NCBI GenBank assembly: GCA_964019335.1
Contig: OZ025673.1
Span: 248,001 to 312,000, forward strand
DNA length: 64,000 nt
Origin: Diplonema japonicum
Lineage: Eukaryota > Protista > Euglenozoa: Diplonemea
Direction of reading: 5' to 3'
Shown here: piece after piece, positions 39,653 through 49,400 of the stretch
Layout of the letters: each line of letters starts with the position of its first letter
Position numbering within the stretch: position 1 is the stretch's first letter
Program-made: the position numbers and the translations under genes
The notes under the pieces: generated by a model
What the model was told of the DNA's origin: nothing
The model's input: only the letters and a program-made list of their open reading frames with translations
Database searches by the model: none

Positions 39653-42139
39653 TCACAGATTGTCGTCTACCTCTCTTTGGCGGACAGCACGAAGACCCCT
39701 AACCCACGATTGGATCGCAGTCGCACAGCGGATTCTGTTTATTGCATTTCTGTCGCGTTTAGCATCTGCCTTCTTCTTTGTCATCAGCACCCTCGCTGCG
39801 TAGCATCGGAAGGCTCTTTGCACTATACAGGCTTCATGGAGCTTGTTCATATTTTGAATGAGGTGAGCTACCCTTTCACGCCTTACCTTTAAAGCCTCCT
39901 TTGCAGCATAGCATCTAAAGGCTCTTTGCACCACACAAACTCTCTCGGAGATATTATTCATGTTATAGAGGTAGGTTTCAACAGCTGCCCGTTTCGTGTT
40001 GCGGGTGTTTCTTGCAAGGCGGCACCGGAAGGCTCGTTGCAAGACGCATGCTGGTTGCAGTGTGTTGCTGATGTAGTGCTCGATGGGTGCTCTTCTTGCC
40101 ATCATAGTATTTCGTGAGAGGTAACATCTAAAGGCCCTTTGCACTGTACATGCTCCGGTGTTGGTGTCCAACACGCTGAGGATGTAAGCTGCGAAGTCAG
40201 CCCGTTTTGCTGTAAGAGCGTTGGCCGCGTTGCGGCAACGTGCCATCCGTTGGATCGCGCACGCAGCGTTGTGATCTCTTTGCAAACGCTTTGCTTTCAC
40301 AAGGTTGCGAGATGCATGGCATCTAAACGCCCGCTGCACTGTGCGAGCAGCCGTTGTGACAACCCTCAGTTCCTGCTCTTCGTCGTCCGCCATTTCGCAG
40401 TGTTTTAGATGTTCTGTAATCCTGGTTTTTCTCGCCATTCTTCTCCACCATGACTGGATGACAGGGGCTTTGTTCTCATAACGTATTGTGGTGTCTATGT
40501 GGCTGTGCAGAGCTTGTTTTTTTCGTTTGAGCGCACGGCCAGCGAGTATCTGTCTCACCCATTGCTGTGCGATGCTCGCAGACCCGTCACGCAACACTCT
40601 CTTAAAGTCTGCCTGCGCAGCGTTCTTGTGTAACTTCCTTAAGCGTCGTGCCTCGCTGCTTCTGTAGCAGCATTGAATTCTCACAGCGGCCGTGCGTTTA
40701 GAGTGATATCCCTTTCTGTGCCATCTCTGTACTGTCACGGCTGCTGCGTCTGCTTTGTTTTCTTCTTCGGACATGTGTTGTATATAAGAGGCAACAACCT
40801 CCGTGCGGTGTTTTGTCTTTTTTTTTGAGAAGGAGGTGCGGATGAGTCGCTGGAGTGTCATGGCCGCTTGTTTCTGTTGTTCTTGTAGTATAGTGACGCC
40901 GCAGAGCGTGGCAGCAACACAGCCCGCCATGCTGCCTAGGTATACTGTGCACCTCCATGCCTTGACATGCATCACAGCGGCCGCCTTTCTCAGGCAGCAC
41001 TGTATCGCCACCAAGCCTCGCTCTGTTCTGTTCTCTTTGTCGCGGATGGCCAGCATTCTTGCCTTTCTGGTTGCTGTGAGGCGTCTTGCTACATATCTCC
41101 TCCAGCCTAACTGTATCTTCGTCACCTGCCTTGTTCTTAATGCAAGCTTCATGTCTTTTACGATTTTTCTCCCATTGGAAACGTTGGCCGCCAGTAAGTA
41201 GAACCTGTCACGCGATTTTTCTCCGTTGATGTACATCTGCAGCCTGTTTTTGCGGGTTTGCAATGCGGTTCTCGCCTGGTGCGCCTTCCATTGCAGTTGT
41301 ATGAGGAGGCAGTACCGATTCCGTGCTGCAACCCACATCCTGCCCCTGCGCTGCAGCGCGGTCACGCCTTTGATGCCGAGCACAGCTCGCGCGCAGCACG
41401 TAGCGCCTAACACAAGCACCACGTTGGATGGCCGCACAATGCAAAGTTCTGATCTCGCCAACCTGCCACGCATCATCTTCTGGATGAGAAGAGCAGCCTT
41501 GGCGAACGAAGGTGGGGGGGGCAGCTCCTCCGCCATCGAGCACCTGGTGTCCTCTGTCATAGGTAGAGCAGAGACGCATATGCCGTCGACCGCATTGTAC
41601 TGGGCAGCCATCCACTCCGCCTCATCTGTGACAATGGACAAGAGGCTGCTTACCCATGGGGCAGCATGCCGTAGTTCTCGTTTCCTGATTGCTGATGAAG
41701 CCGGATCGGGTGTGCAGCCCCGGTTAGGAGAAGGTGTGCGGTATGGCGAAGGTGTGCGGTACGGCGGCCGAGGGGGAAGTGGCACACTGTTAGGCCGTCG
41801 GAAAGGAGCCTCCGCAGGGAGAGGACGAGGCAGAGTGGGCGGGATGGGGGTCAGTCTCGACGGGATGCACGCCGCTTGCCGCAGAGCGTACAGGTCTGGC
41901 GACGGTGTGAAGACCCTCCCATCAGCAGGGGTGTAAAACCGTCTTCTTTTCGGTATCCTCTTCTTCTTTGGGGGAAGCTTCACAAGCTTCGGAGGTGCAG
42001 GTTTTCCAGTCACCATAGGTACAGTGTCACATGTTTGCTCCGTGCTCGCCTTGCTGCTTTCAGATAAATCAATTGACGACGCCGTCGTCACATGTGCATC
42101 CATGAAGGCTCTGGTGAATCGTCGGGACATTGTGCGCAT
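39653..42139 (-). CDS. Multi-IQ-motif (calmodulin-binding) protein; probably exon 2 of a gene starting at 43391
   Basis: About 17 IQ-like motifs (IQKMMRGRLAR, VQRAFRCYLSR, IQSWVRG, etc.) after a Pro-rich region; acceptor ACAG at 42142 just before ATG 42139. Confidence 0.85.
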   Translation of the reverse strand: MRTMSRRFTRAFMDAHVTTASSIDLSESSKASTEQTCDTVPMVTGKPAPPKLVKLPPKKKRIPKRRRFYTPADGRVFTPSPDLYALRQAACIPSRLTPIPPTLPRPLPAEAPFRRPNSVPLPPRPPYRTPSPYRTPSPNRGCTPDPASSAIRKRELRHAAPWVSSLLSIVTDEAEWMAAQYNAVDGICVSALPMTEDTRCSMAEELPPPPSFAKAALLIQKMMRGRLARSELCIVRPSNVVLVLGATCCARAVLGIKGVTALQRRGRMWVAARNRYCLLIQLQWKAHQARTALQTRKNRLQMYINGEKSRDRFYLLAANVSNGRKIVKDMKLALRTRQVTKIQLGWRRYVARRLTATRKARMLAIRDKENRTERGLVAIQCCLRKAAAVMHVKAWRCTVYLGSMAGCVAATLCGVTILQEQQKQAAMTLQRLIRTSFSKKKTKHRTEVVASYIQHMSEEENKADAAAVTVQRWHRKGYHSKRTAAVRIQCCYRSSEARRLRKLHKNAAQADFKRVLRDGSASIAQQWVRQILAGRALKRKKQALHSHIDTTIRYENKAPVIQSWWRRMARKTRITEHLKHCEMADDEEQELRVVTTAARTVQRAFRCHASRNLVKAKRLQRDHNAACAIQRMARCRNAANALTAKRADFAAYILSVLDTNTGACTVQRAFRCYLSRNTMMARRAPIEHYISNTLQPACVLQRAFRCRLARNTRNTKRAAVETYLYNMNNISERVCVVQRAFRCYAAKEALKVRRERVAHLIQNMNKLHEACIVQRAFRCYAARVLMTKKKADAKRDRNAINRIRCATAIQSWVRGLRAVRQREVDDNL

Positions 42140-42424
42140 TCCTGTTTGTAGGAAAACTAAAGATATTCTTTTTGTTAAGGGAAAACAAGTATTGTTTCCC
42201 TTCTGTGAGACATCATATAAGGAGATGGGAAAGTGGTTTTGGGACCTCTCCTTCACCTTTGCCTCACTTTTTCTATTCTTTTTTTTTCTTCTTTTTTTTG
42301 GCACCTCCCCAAAAAAACCAAAAAGAATTTGCTCATTACACTGCCATTAACGAGTTTTAAGTCTCGACAACAAATTGTTAACCCAGGACGAGAGAAAGCC
42401 GCCAAAAAAAAAGAAGAAAAAAAA

Positions 42425-42465
42425 AATTCACAATGATAGGAACGAAGTGGTTAGCAACGGCCCGC
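42425..42465. repeat. Dispersed 41-bp repeat family B, copy 2
   Basis: AATTCACAATGATAGGAACGAAGTGGTTAGCAACGGCCCGC, same orientation as 16905-16945. Confidence 0.85.
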
Positions 42466-42611
42466 AAAAAAAAAAAAAAAAAGCATCCTCGAGCATGCAA
42501 CCAAGAACCGAGAACATGCTTTTCAGGTGCCATTACGAATTCTTTTGCCAGCTGATATATTCTTCAGTAGCGGCCTTTGGGCTTAGGCCTTTCTTGTGAC
42601 ACTAACGCTGC

Positions 42612-43391
42612 CTAATGCTCTTTCCATTTTGGATACCAGGTACAAAAAAAAAAAAAAAAAAAAGAAGAAAAAAAAAAAAAACACAAACCTATCGAAGTGG
42701 GAGCTCTTTGGCCAAGCAGTTTGAGGAAGCCTTTTTGATAGTCGTCATGTTTCTTGCATTTTTCAAGGCAGGTCTCGAAGCTGTCAAGGTACATTTTGGA
42801 CTTGTTAGCCGCTGTCATTTCTTTCACGAAATTATAAAAAAAGGTTTGATCGAGGTCCAGGTCGTTGAGTACTGGCCCTGGGGTTGCGAGAAGCGAAGTT
42901 GTTGGGACGCACAGGGTGCCTGAAGAGTCCTCTGTGGCGCCAATGGCGCGAAACAATGTGACTTCACGTTGCTGAGCAGCAGGGCGAAGAGCTGATTGGA
43001 AATCAGCGAAGGTTAGTCTGTCTGTATATTTGCAAAGCCCAGAACCTGTCAGGTTCAAAGAAAAGGCACCAGACAGGATACCGCTGAGGACATCACCCTT
43101 GACCACCCCGTCCCTACAAACAGCCGCAAAAGCGTCTTCCGCCTCAAATGTTTCCTTCATTTTCGACAGCTCGTTGAACTTCATCTTCGCGCCCTCCACC
43201 AACCTCACCAGCCCTTCCTTGCAAAGGAAAGCCGAACCATCATCATACCGCTTAAACTCCTCATCCACAACTTCACTAGGAGGCTCTTCGATCTTCAATT
43301 TCTTGAACGCCTCAGGAATACCACGTTTTGTTAAACCACCGCAAGAATAATACACTTCTCCAATGACGTCGAGCTCCCGGGAAGTGAGCAT
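42612..43391 (-). CDS. Degenerate calmodulin-like / EF-hand protein (likely exon 1, ending at 42689, of the IQ gene)
   Basis: Helix-loop-helix pattern (FKRYDDGSAFLCKEG; EDAFAAVCRDGVV; DRLTFADFQSAL). The ORF runs into poly-T immediately after the donor-like AG|GTTTG at 42688. Confidence 0.65.
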   Translation of the reverse strand: MLTSRELDVIGEVYYSCGGLTKRGIPEAFKKLKIEEPPSEVVDEEFKRYDDGSAFLCKEGLVRLVEGAKMKFNELSKMKETFEAEDAFAAVCRDGVVKGDVLSGILSGAFSLNLTGSGLCKYTDRLTFADFQSALRPAAQQREVTLFRAIGATEDSSGTLCVPTTSLLATPGPVLNDLDLDQTFFYNFVKEMTAANKSKMYLDSFETCLEKCKKHDDYQKGFLKLLGQRAPTSIGLCFFFFSSFFFFFFCTWYPKWKEH

Positions 43392-43521
43392 TTTGCCATC
43401 TTGTATTGTTCTCCTGCTAGATGATAGGATGAACTGGAATCGAGGGGGGGATCGAATAACAAAAAAAAAAAAAAAAAAAAAAAAAACTTTTTTGTTGTTG
43501 TTTGTATTTCGTTCCCCGTAT

Positions 43522-44685
43522 TCAGTAAATAGGGAATTCTTTGTCCACGGTTTGGGCCCATCTGGTGAGCCCTTTCGTGATGTTTTTTACGTTAGGTATA
43601 TCGGCGTCGAGGAGAAGCCTTGTTGCGTGCGCTGAGGCGATCCCCCTGCGGCACAGCAGTAATATGAGCCCGTTGTCAGTTCGGAGACTCTCAGCTTTCT
43701 CAGGGGTGAGGAGGGACAATGGTACGTTAACGGTGTTCGGGAGTTTCGTGAGAGAGTACTCGTTTGCAGTCCGGACGTCTATGATGGTGTGTGGAGTGCT
43801 GTTCGATGTGAGGAGCTCGTGGAGCTCCTCGCACGACATTTCGTTTTCCGACGGGAGCGAGACAGGCTCTATTTCACAGCTTTTCTTCACATACTCTTCA
43901 TACCCGACAAGTTTTGTGAGCGTTGGGTTGTCCCCGCAAACCTTGCAGACCTTCGACTTCGGCCTGTGTTTCATGACATTGTACGACCCTTGCAACGCGT
44001 TGAACAGAAGAATCCTACCGGACATCGTCTCGCCAGCTCCCATTAAGATCTTCTGTGCTTCGATAGCCTGAAGGCATCCTATGGTGCCGGGAACAGCTCC
44101 CACAACACCGCCGTCCGCGCATGACGTGACAGTTTCTATCGGCGGAGGGTTCGGGTAGGCACAACGGTAGCAAGGACCGCCTTTATAATTGTAAACAGAC
44201 ATTTGACCTTCCCATTTCAAAGCAGACCCGGACACTAATGCTTTTGACGCCAAAACGCAAGCATCATTAATGAGGTACCTGGAGGTGATGTTGTCGGTTG
44301 CGTCAACAACCACGTCGTAGCCAGACACAAGAGTTACGCCGTTTTCTGAGGTGAAACGTTCTTTGTGTGTGTTGATTGTGATTGTGGGGTTCATTGCTAG
44401 GCATGCTATCTTAGCGCTTTCCACCTTGTCCATGCCTTGTCTTTCTGTTGTGTGTATGATCTGTCTATGCAGGTTGCTCACTTCAACTTTGTCGAAATCG
44501 GCGAATCCTATGACGCCCACACCTGCGCCCGCCAGGTACAGACCTGCAGACGAAGCCAGACCGCCCGCCCCAACAATGAGTACCTTCCCTTCCAGCAGTC
44601 TTCGCATCCCATCGGGACCGATCTCTGGCAGGATGACCTGCCTGCTGTACCTTTCCACCTCGGGTTTGGTGAGTTGTTGTGTCAT
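43522..44685 (-). CDS. MOCS3: Adenylyltransferase and sulfurtransferase MOCS3/UBA4 (ThiF + rhodanese)
   Basis: RYSRQVILPEIG, VLIVGAGGL, SNLHRQ, GPCYRC, SCADGGVVG, CKVCG; rhodanese IIDVR...CRRGIAS. Confidence 0.96.
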   Translation of the reverse strand: MTQQLTKPEVERYSRQVILPEIGPDGMRRLLEGKVLIVGAGGLASSAGLYLAGAGVGVIGFADFDKVEVSNLHRQIIHTTERQGMDKVESAKIACLAMNPTITINTHKERFTSENGVTLVSGYDVVVDATDNITSRYLINDACVLASKALVSGSALKWEGQMSVYNYKGGPCYRCAYPNPPPIETVTSCADGGVVGAVPGTIGCLQAIEAQKILMGAGETMSGRILLFNALQGSYNVMKHRPKSKVCKVCGDNPTLTKLVGYEEYVKKSCEIEPVSLPSENEMSCEELHELLTSNSTPHTIIDVRTANEYSLTKLPNTVNVPLSLLTPEKAESLRTDNGLILLLCRRGIASAHATRLLLDADIPNVKNITKGLTRWAQTVDKEFPIY

Positions 44686-44798
44686 TTTTTTTTTTTTTTT
44701 TTTTTTTTCAAATTCTCTTGGTTCCCTTTCCCCCCCTTTATCGATTTTCTTTTTTTTATAGACACGAGAACATTTCGGCGGCGGCGGGGGGGATACTT

Positions 44799-45620
44799 CT
44801 ATACATCTAAGACAGTCTTTCTATACTCCAGGATCGCTTCCAAAGCGCGGTCCTCTGCAACACCAGGGACGGGGTGTGCAACTTCAAGCGGTTTGGCATC
44901 GTGATTTCGGTGAGGAGAGTACGTCGAGTGGTGCAACGGGGAGGGGAGGGTTTCGTGAGAGGAGCGTTGGCGGGAAAGATCGGCGAGAGCGATCTTAAGG
45001 GCCTCTTTGGGGCTGAGATGGTCTATGGAGGATGTGGGTGCCTTTTGGCGGGAGAGGAGGGTTTTTTTCTGATTGGAGATTAGATGCAGCGCGTCGTCGA
45101 GCTGCTGGACACACCAGTCATTCCGAGCCTGGTGGCAGGCATTGCGAAGGATGTCCGCTACCAGAATCCCTTCACCAGCATCGCGTTCCTGCTCTCTTTC
45201 GATGATTTCTCGCCTCACGATTTCAAAATCCTTCATGAACTCATCTCTTTCGCCGCTTTCTGCTTCAAGCATGTGTACTGTTGACATTACGCATTCGACG
45301 TAGCAGGAGTTGAATAACACAGTGACCCCAACCCCTTCCATGTCCTTGTTCATGTTCTCTTCTAAGATCTTGCGTCCGAATTCCTCGTCTCGGTGGATGA
45401 AGAACATTTCTTCGTCCGCTCTGCTTTCCAGCATTTTCAGCTTCTGCGCTCTGACTCCCGCCTCCACCCTCCTTTGAGCCTTTTCGATATCCGGTGCTTC
45501 GGGGGACATTCTTCTATCTGTCATTTTTTTTATAGTCTCCCGTTGGCGTAGTGCATCGCTCTCTCGGGACCTAGCTCTTTCTAGGATTTTTGACAATTCC
45601 TTTCCTCGAAGGACTGACAT
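44799..45620 (-). CDS. Hypothetical coiled-coil protein (273 aa)
   Basis: ORF bounded by homopolymer spacers, A-run before the ATG, charged helical composition. Confidence 0.75.
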   Translation of the reverse strand: MSVLRGKELSKILERARSRESDALRQRETIKKMTDRRMSPEAPDIEKAQRRVEAGVRAQKLKMLESRADEEMFFIHRDEEFGRKILEENMNKDMEGVGVTVLFNSCYVECVMSTVHMLEAESGERDEFMKDFEIVRREIIEREQERDAGEGILVADILRNACHQARNDWCVQQLDDALHLISNQKKTLLSRQKAPTSSIDHLSPKEALKIALADLSRQRSSHETLPSPLHHSTYSPHRNHDAKPLEVAHPVPGVAEDRALEAILEYRKTVLDV

Positions 45621-46427
45621 TTTTCTTTTTTTTCCCCCCCCTGCCCCTGGGTAGGGTTTTTTTTCTCTTTTTTTTTTTGATATTGGGTTATGTCAAAATA
45701 GGGGTACAGATTTTAGTGGTAGTCGCTATTGTGCACACGAACCAAATCCTGAGATAAGTCGCACCTGAAAAAAGATATCAGGGCAATACAGGGCTAAATT
45801 CTGTACCCCTGTTTTGAAATTTCCCAAGAATCCCTTTTTTTTTGTGCAAAAAAAAAAAAGAACAGAAAAAGAAAGTAAAAAAAAAAAAACTGGAATCAAC
45901 GGAAAGAAAGGGCTGACAAAAAAAAATGGAAAATAAAAAAAGGGACACAAATGACAAAGAAAACTTACACATTTTTTTTTTCTTGTTTTCTTTTTTTTTT
46001 TTTTTCGTTCTTTCAATGCAGTGCACCCCCGACCCGATATTAAAAAGAAATGGGCAAAAAAAAAAAGGTGGGTAAGTGGGGTGAAGACGGAAAAAAAAAA
46101 GGGGGGCATAAAAACGAAGGAATGAATACTTTTGTTTTCATTTTGTTTCTCCCAAACTCCATTCCATTGTCACCTTGGTATTACAAGAAGCCCCAATTAC
46201 CCAACCCTTGTTGACCTCTCGTCCTTCCTCCAACTGCTATCTTTCTTTCTTTTTTTTTTTTTCTGTTCTATTTTTTTTTTTTTTTTTGAAACATATTTTT
46301 TTTTTTTTTTTTCGAGCAACAAAAAAAAGAAAATCTCTATGGTGAACCCACCAAAAAAAAGAAAAAGGAGCTAAAAAAAAACGCGCGATTGAGAAAAAAA
46401 AAAAAAAAAAAAAAAAGATTGCCGTGT

Positions 46428-49400
46428 TCACATATTAAACATAGTGATAACCTGTTCCCGATCAAGCTTTGCAAATGCAATGGTGTCGCTCAAACAACAG
46501 TCCCGAGCATGTGCGGCGTGTTGACGAAACTCGGAAACGGTGGTTTTGTTCCGGAATTCGTCCCAAGTGGTGTGGTGTGCGAACTCAAACCAGGACAGAC
46601 GGATGGACTGTGACGATGCATGTGACGGTGGATGCAGCCCATCCTTCTGTTTCCTCTTGTGGTCCTCCACCTCAAGACAGCGACACAACTCATCCCTCCT
46701 CGCGTGTTTATTCTTCACCGCAAGAGTAATCCTAATGTACTGATCCAATGCAAAATTAACATGTGTTTTAAACTCCAGCTCCGTGGTGTGAGAATAAAAC
46801 TCCTCCCAAGTGCAGGATTGGGAGAATTCTTCCCAAGATGTCCTGCCGTTGGACGGATGGAATTTCTCCCAGGATTTTTTTTTCAACGCTTTGAGGTCGA
46901 CGGCACGCTGCTTAGTCATCAATTTTGAATTACATTCATGGAACAAAACCTCATCCTCCGCCTTCCCGATTCCAAAATGCGACGACTGCCTCACGCACAA
47001 CGACGTTGTAGTTGTAGGCGCTGTGTCGCAGAACACAGAACTGTCTTCTCGTGAAAAATCGGTGTCTTCTGTTCTTGGATCGGGTGTGCCTAATGAACCG
47101 CCCCAGTACGCGGGAGAACCCCCTGTACTGCTGAATGTTTGAAGAGTAGGGATGACGCGTGGGCTGGACTGTGGTGACGTGACGACCTGCGGCCGTGTTG
47201 TTCCGATAACCGTTGCGTTCTGTTTTGCAGGATCGCGAACCCTTCTAGACGGTGTTTGATACTCTATTTGGTCTTGGTCCCTCCCTGGCATTGTGGAGAG
47301 CAAGTCTGTAACAAAAGTGTGAACCTTCGCCACGCCAGGCGCCACCCGTAAGAGCTGAGACGTTGTTTCAGAGTAGTACTTATCTTTGAGCATGGTCCCG
47401 ATGAGCCAGGCTTTGTTGCACAGTTTGTAGACTTCAATCTTCGGCCAAACGAGTGTCATGTCTTCAAAACCTCTTACAAGAACAGAGAACATCCCAAGCA
47501 TGTGTTTGAAAAAATCCTGATCCTTCACCTGCGATCTGACCAATGTGGACTGCAGTGTGATTGCGTCGATTTGAAGGTGTTCGATGTAAACGTGTCGGGT
47601 GCTTAGACCGTCTTGTTTATCGGCGACTTGTAACGAGGCGTCCATGACTGGGACGGTGTAGTATTTCTTCGCTTCTTGTTTGTTGGAGACCTCGATTTTC
47701 TTTTGGGAGATCTGGTAGAATTTTAACAAGCTGTACAGGAACTTGTCGCGGAGTTTAACGATAAGCGGTTGGAACTTCGCCCGGCATGTTTGTATGTGGA
47801 TGGCACCCGACGACCTGTCTATCTTCCGCAAGATGTCGAGCAAGAAAAACGGCGATCTGTCCTTCGGTATCTTGTTGCAAATGACAACAGGGAACTCCGC
47901 GCGGACCTTTTGATCATCCAGTTGCAACGCGCCGATTTTGGTGGAGTACGATATTGTTGTTTTGTCACGTTTTCTGTACAGCACAATGGACTGGAGGGAT
48001 AGATGCGCGATTTCAACTTCGTTCGACACTAGAACAGCGGCTACCCCTTGGATGTTCAGCTTGGTGGTCGACAACAGCGACTCATTCACAAACCATTTAT
48101 CGATTTCTTTATCCAACGTCAAGGAAATCATAGTTTGTCCATGCCGGTGCCTGACCCTCAAATACACTGGTGATTCACCTATATCATGGCATTCCTTCAT
48201 CGTCCCCTCGTCATCTCCTGTTGTGCTGTCTCTGTTCTGATGCCTCGGGTCAAGGTTGATGGTGACCGCTTCACCCAAACCAACCTTAATATCCATGACT
48301 TTTTCAGCTTCAGGGAAAACCCATATAAACGGACGAGTCGTTTTCGGTGGGAATCTCAACGGGGCCTGCCCCGATTTCAAATCTCGTTTTGGTTCGCGTT
48401 GCTTTGCCCATACCGGGTAAGGAGTTCGGTTTTCAATGACATACGGTGGCTTCCTCAATGGGTCTATTGTGATGTACACGATGCTCCCCCGTTGGAAGCT
48501 CGCTACTTTTACAACGTCAAACTCTGCAATTTCGATTTCAGACTCTTCTGAAGGGAGGGTTGAGGTCGGAGAGGCTGACTTCGAACGCTTTTTAATGGTC
48601 GTCGTGTAGGTTAAGTTAACATCGTTGTCGCCCATTCTGTCGATTGTGAAGGGTTTGCAGTATTTTGGATCGGTCCCGTCTGTTCTCTTTATCGCGATGA
48701 AGTTGTCGGAGGCACCGCCTTCGTACTCTTGATACGTGTTTTGTGACGATACGACAAATAGAGATTTTGGTCTTTCTTGACCGACAACGCCGGCGCCTCG
48801 TACCTCGTGTCGAATTGTTACCGCCTTGGGCATTCTGTTGTGGATGATCCATCGGGGTGTAAATTTTATAACCTTTGTTCTTGTGGCGACCTTGCCCCAT
48901 GGGAATTCGATGCTAAACGCGATTGTTTTCGGGAGATCGCCTGATCTCTCCGGGCACTCGATTGTCCCAGCCCCGCCCACCTTTGAAATATCAATTTTTG
49001 CAGACCACTGTGGGATGCTTTTACCCACGCGAAGGATTCTGACGTATAAATGCCCGACCTGTTCCTTTTCTGGTAAATCGGGCGGGGCCATTAAAAACGG
49101 TTTCGAGCCCGGTTTGATGCCCTCCCCAGGGTTCTGCCCTGCAGTCAACGCGTTCATCGCAGACTCTGCGAGCTTCATTGGATTGTGTACTGCTAGCTCT
49201 AAACAATACGCTGTTTGGTTGATAATCCACAACGGGCAGAAAACCGTTATCATTCTCTCAGAGTATTCCATTGCAAGATGCACTTGTCTTCCTCTCTGGT
49301 CGGACAGAACAATCGTGCTCACCCTTCCTTGGTGGTTCTTCCCCGGATTTCTGACCAAAAACGGCGTGTTAAACTTGCTTTCATGTCTTTTAATGACTTC

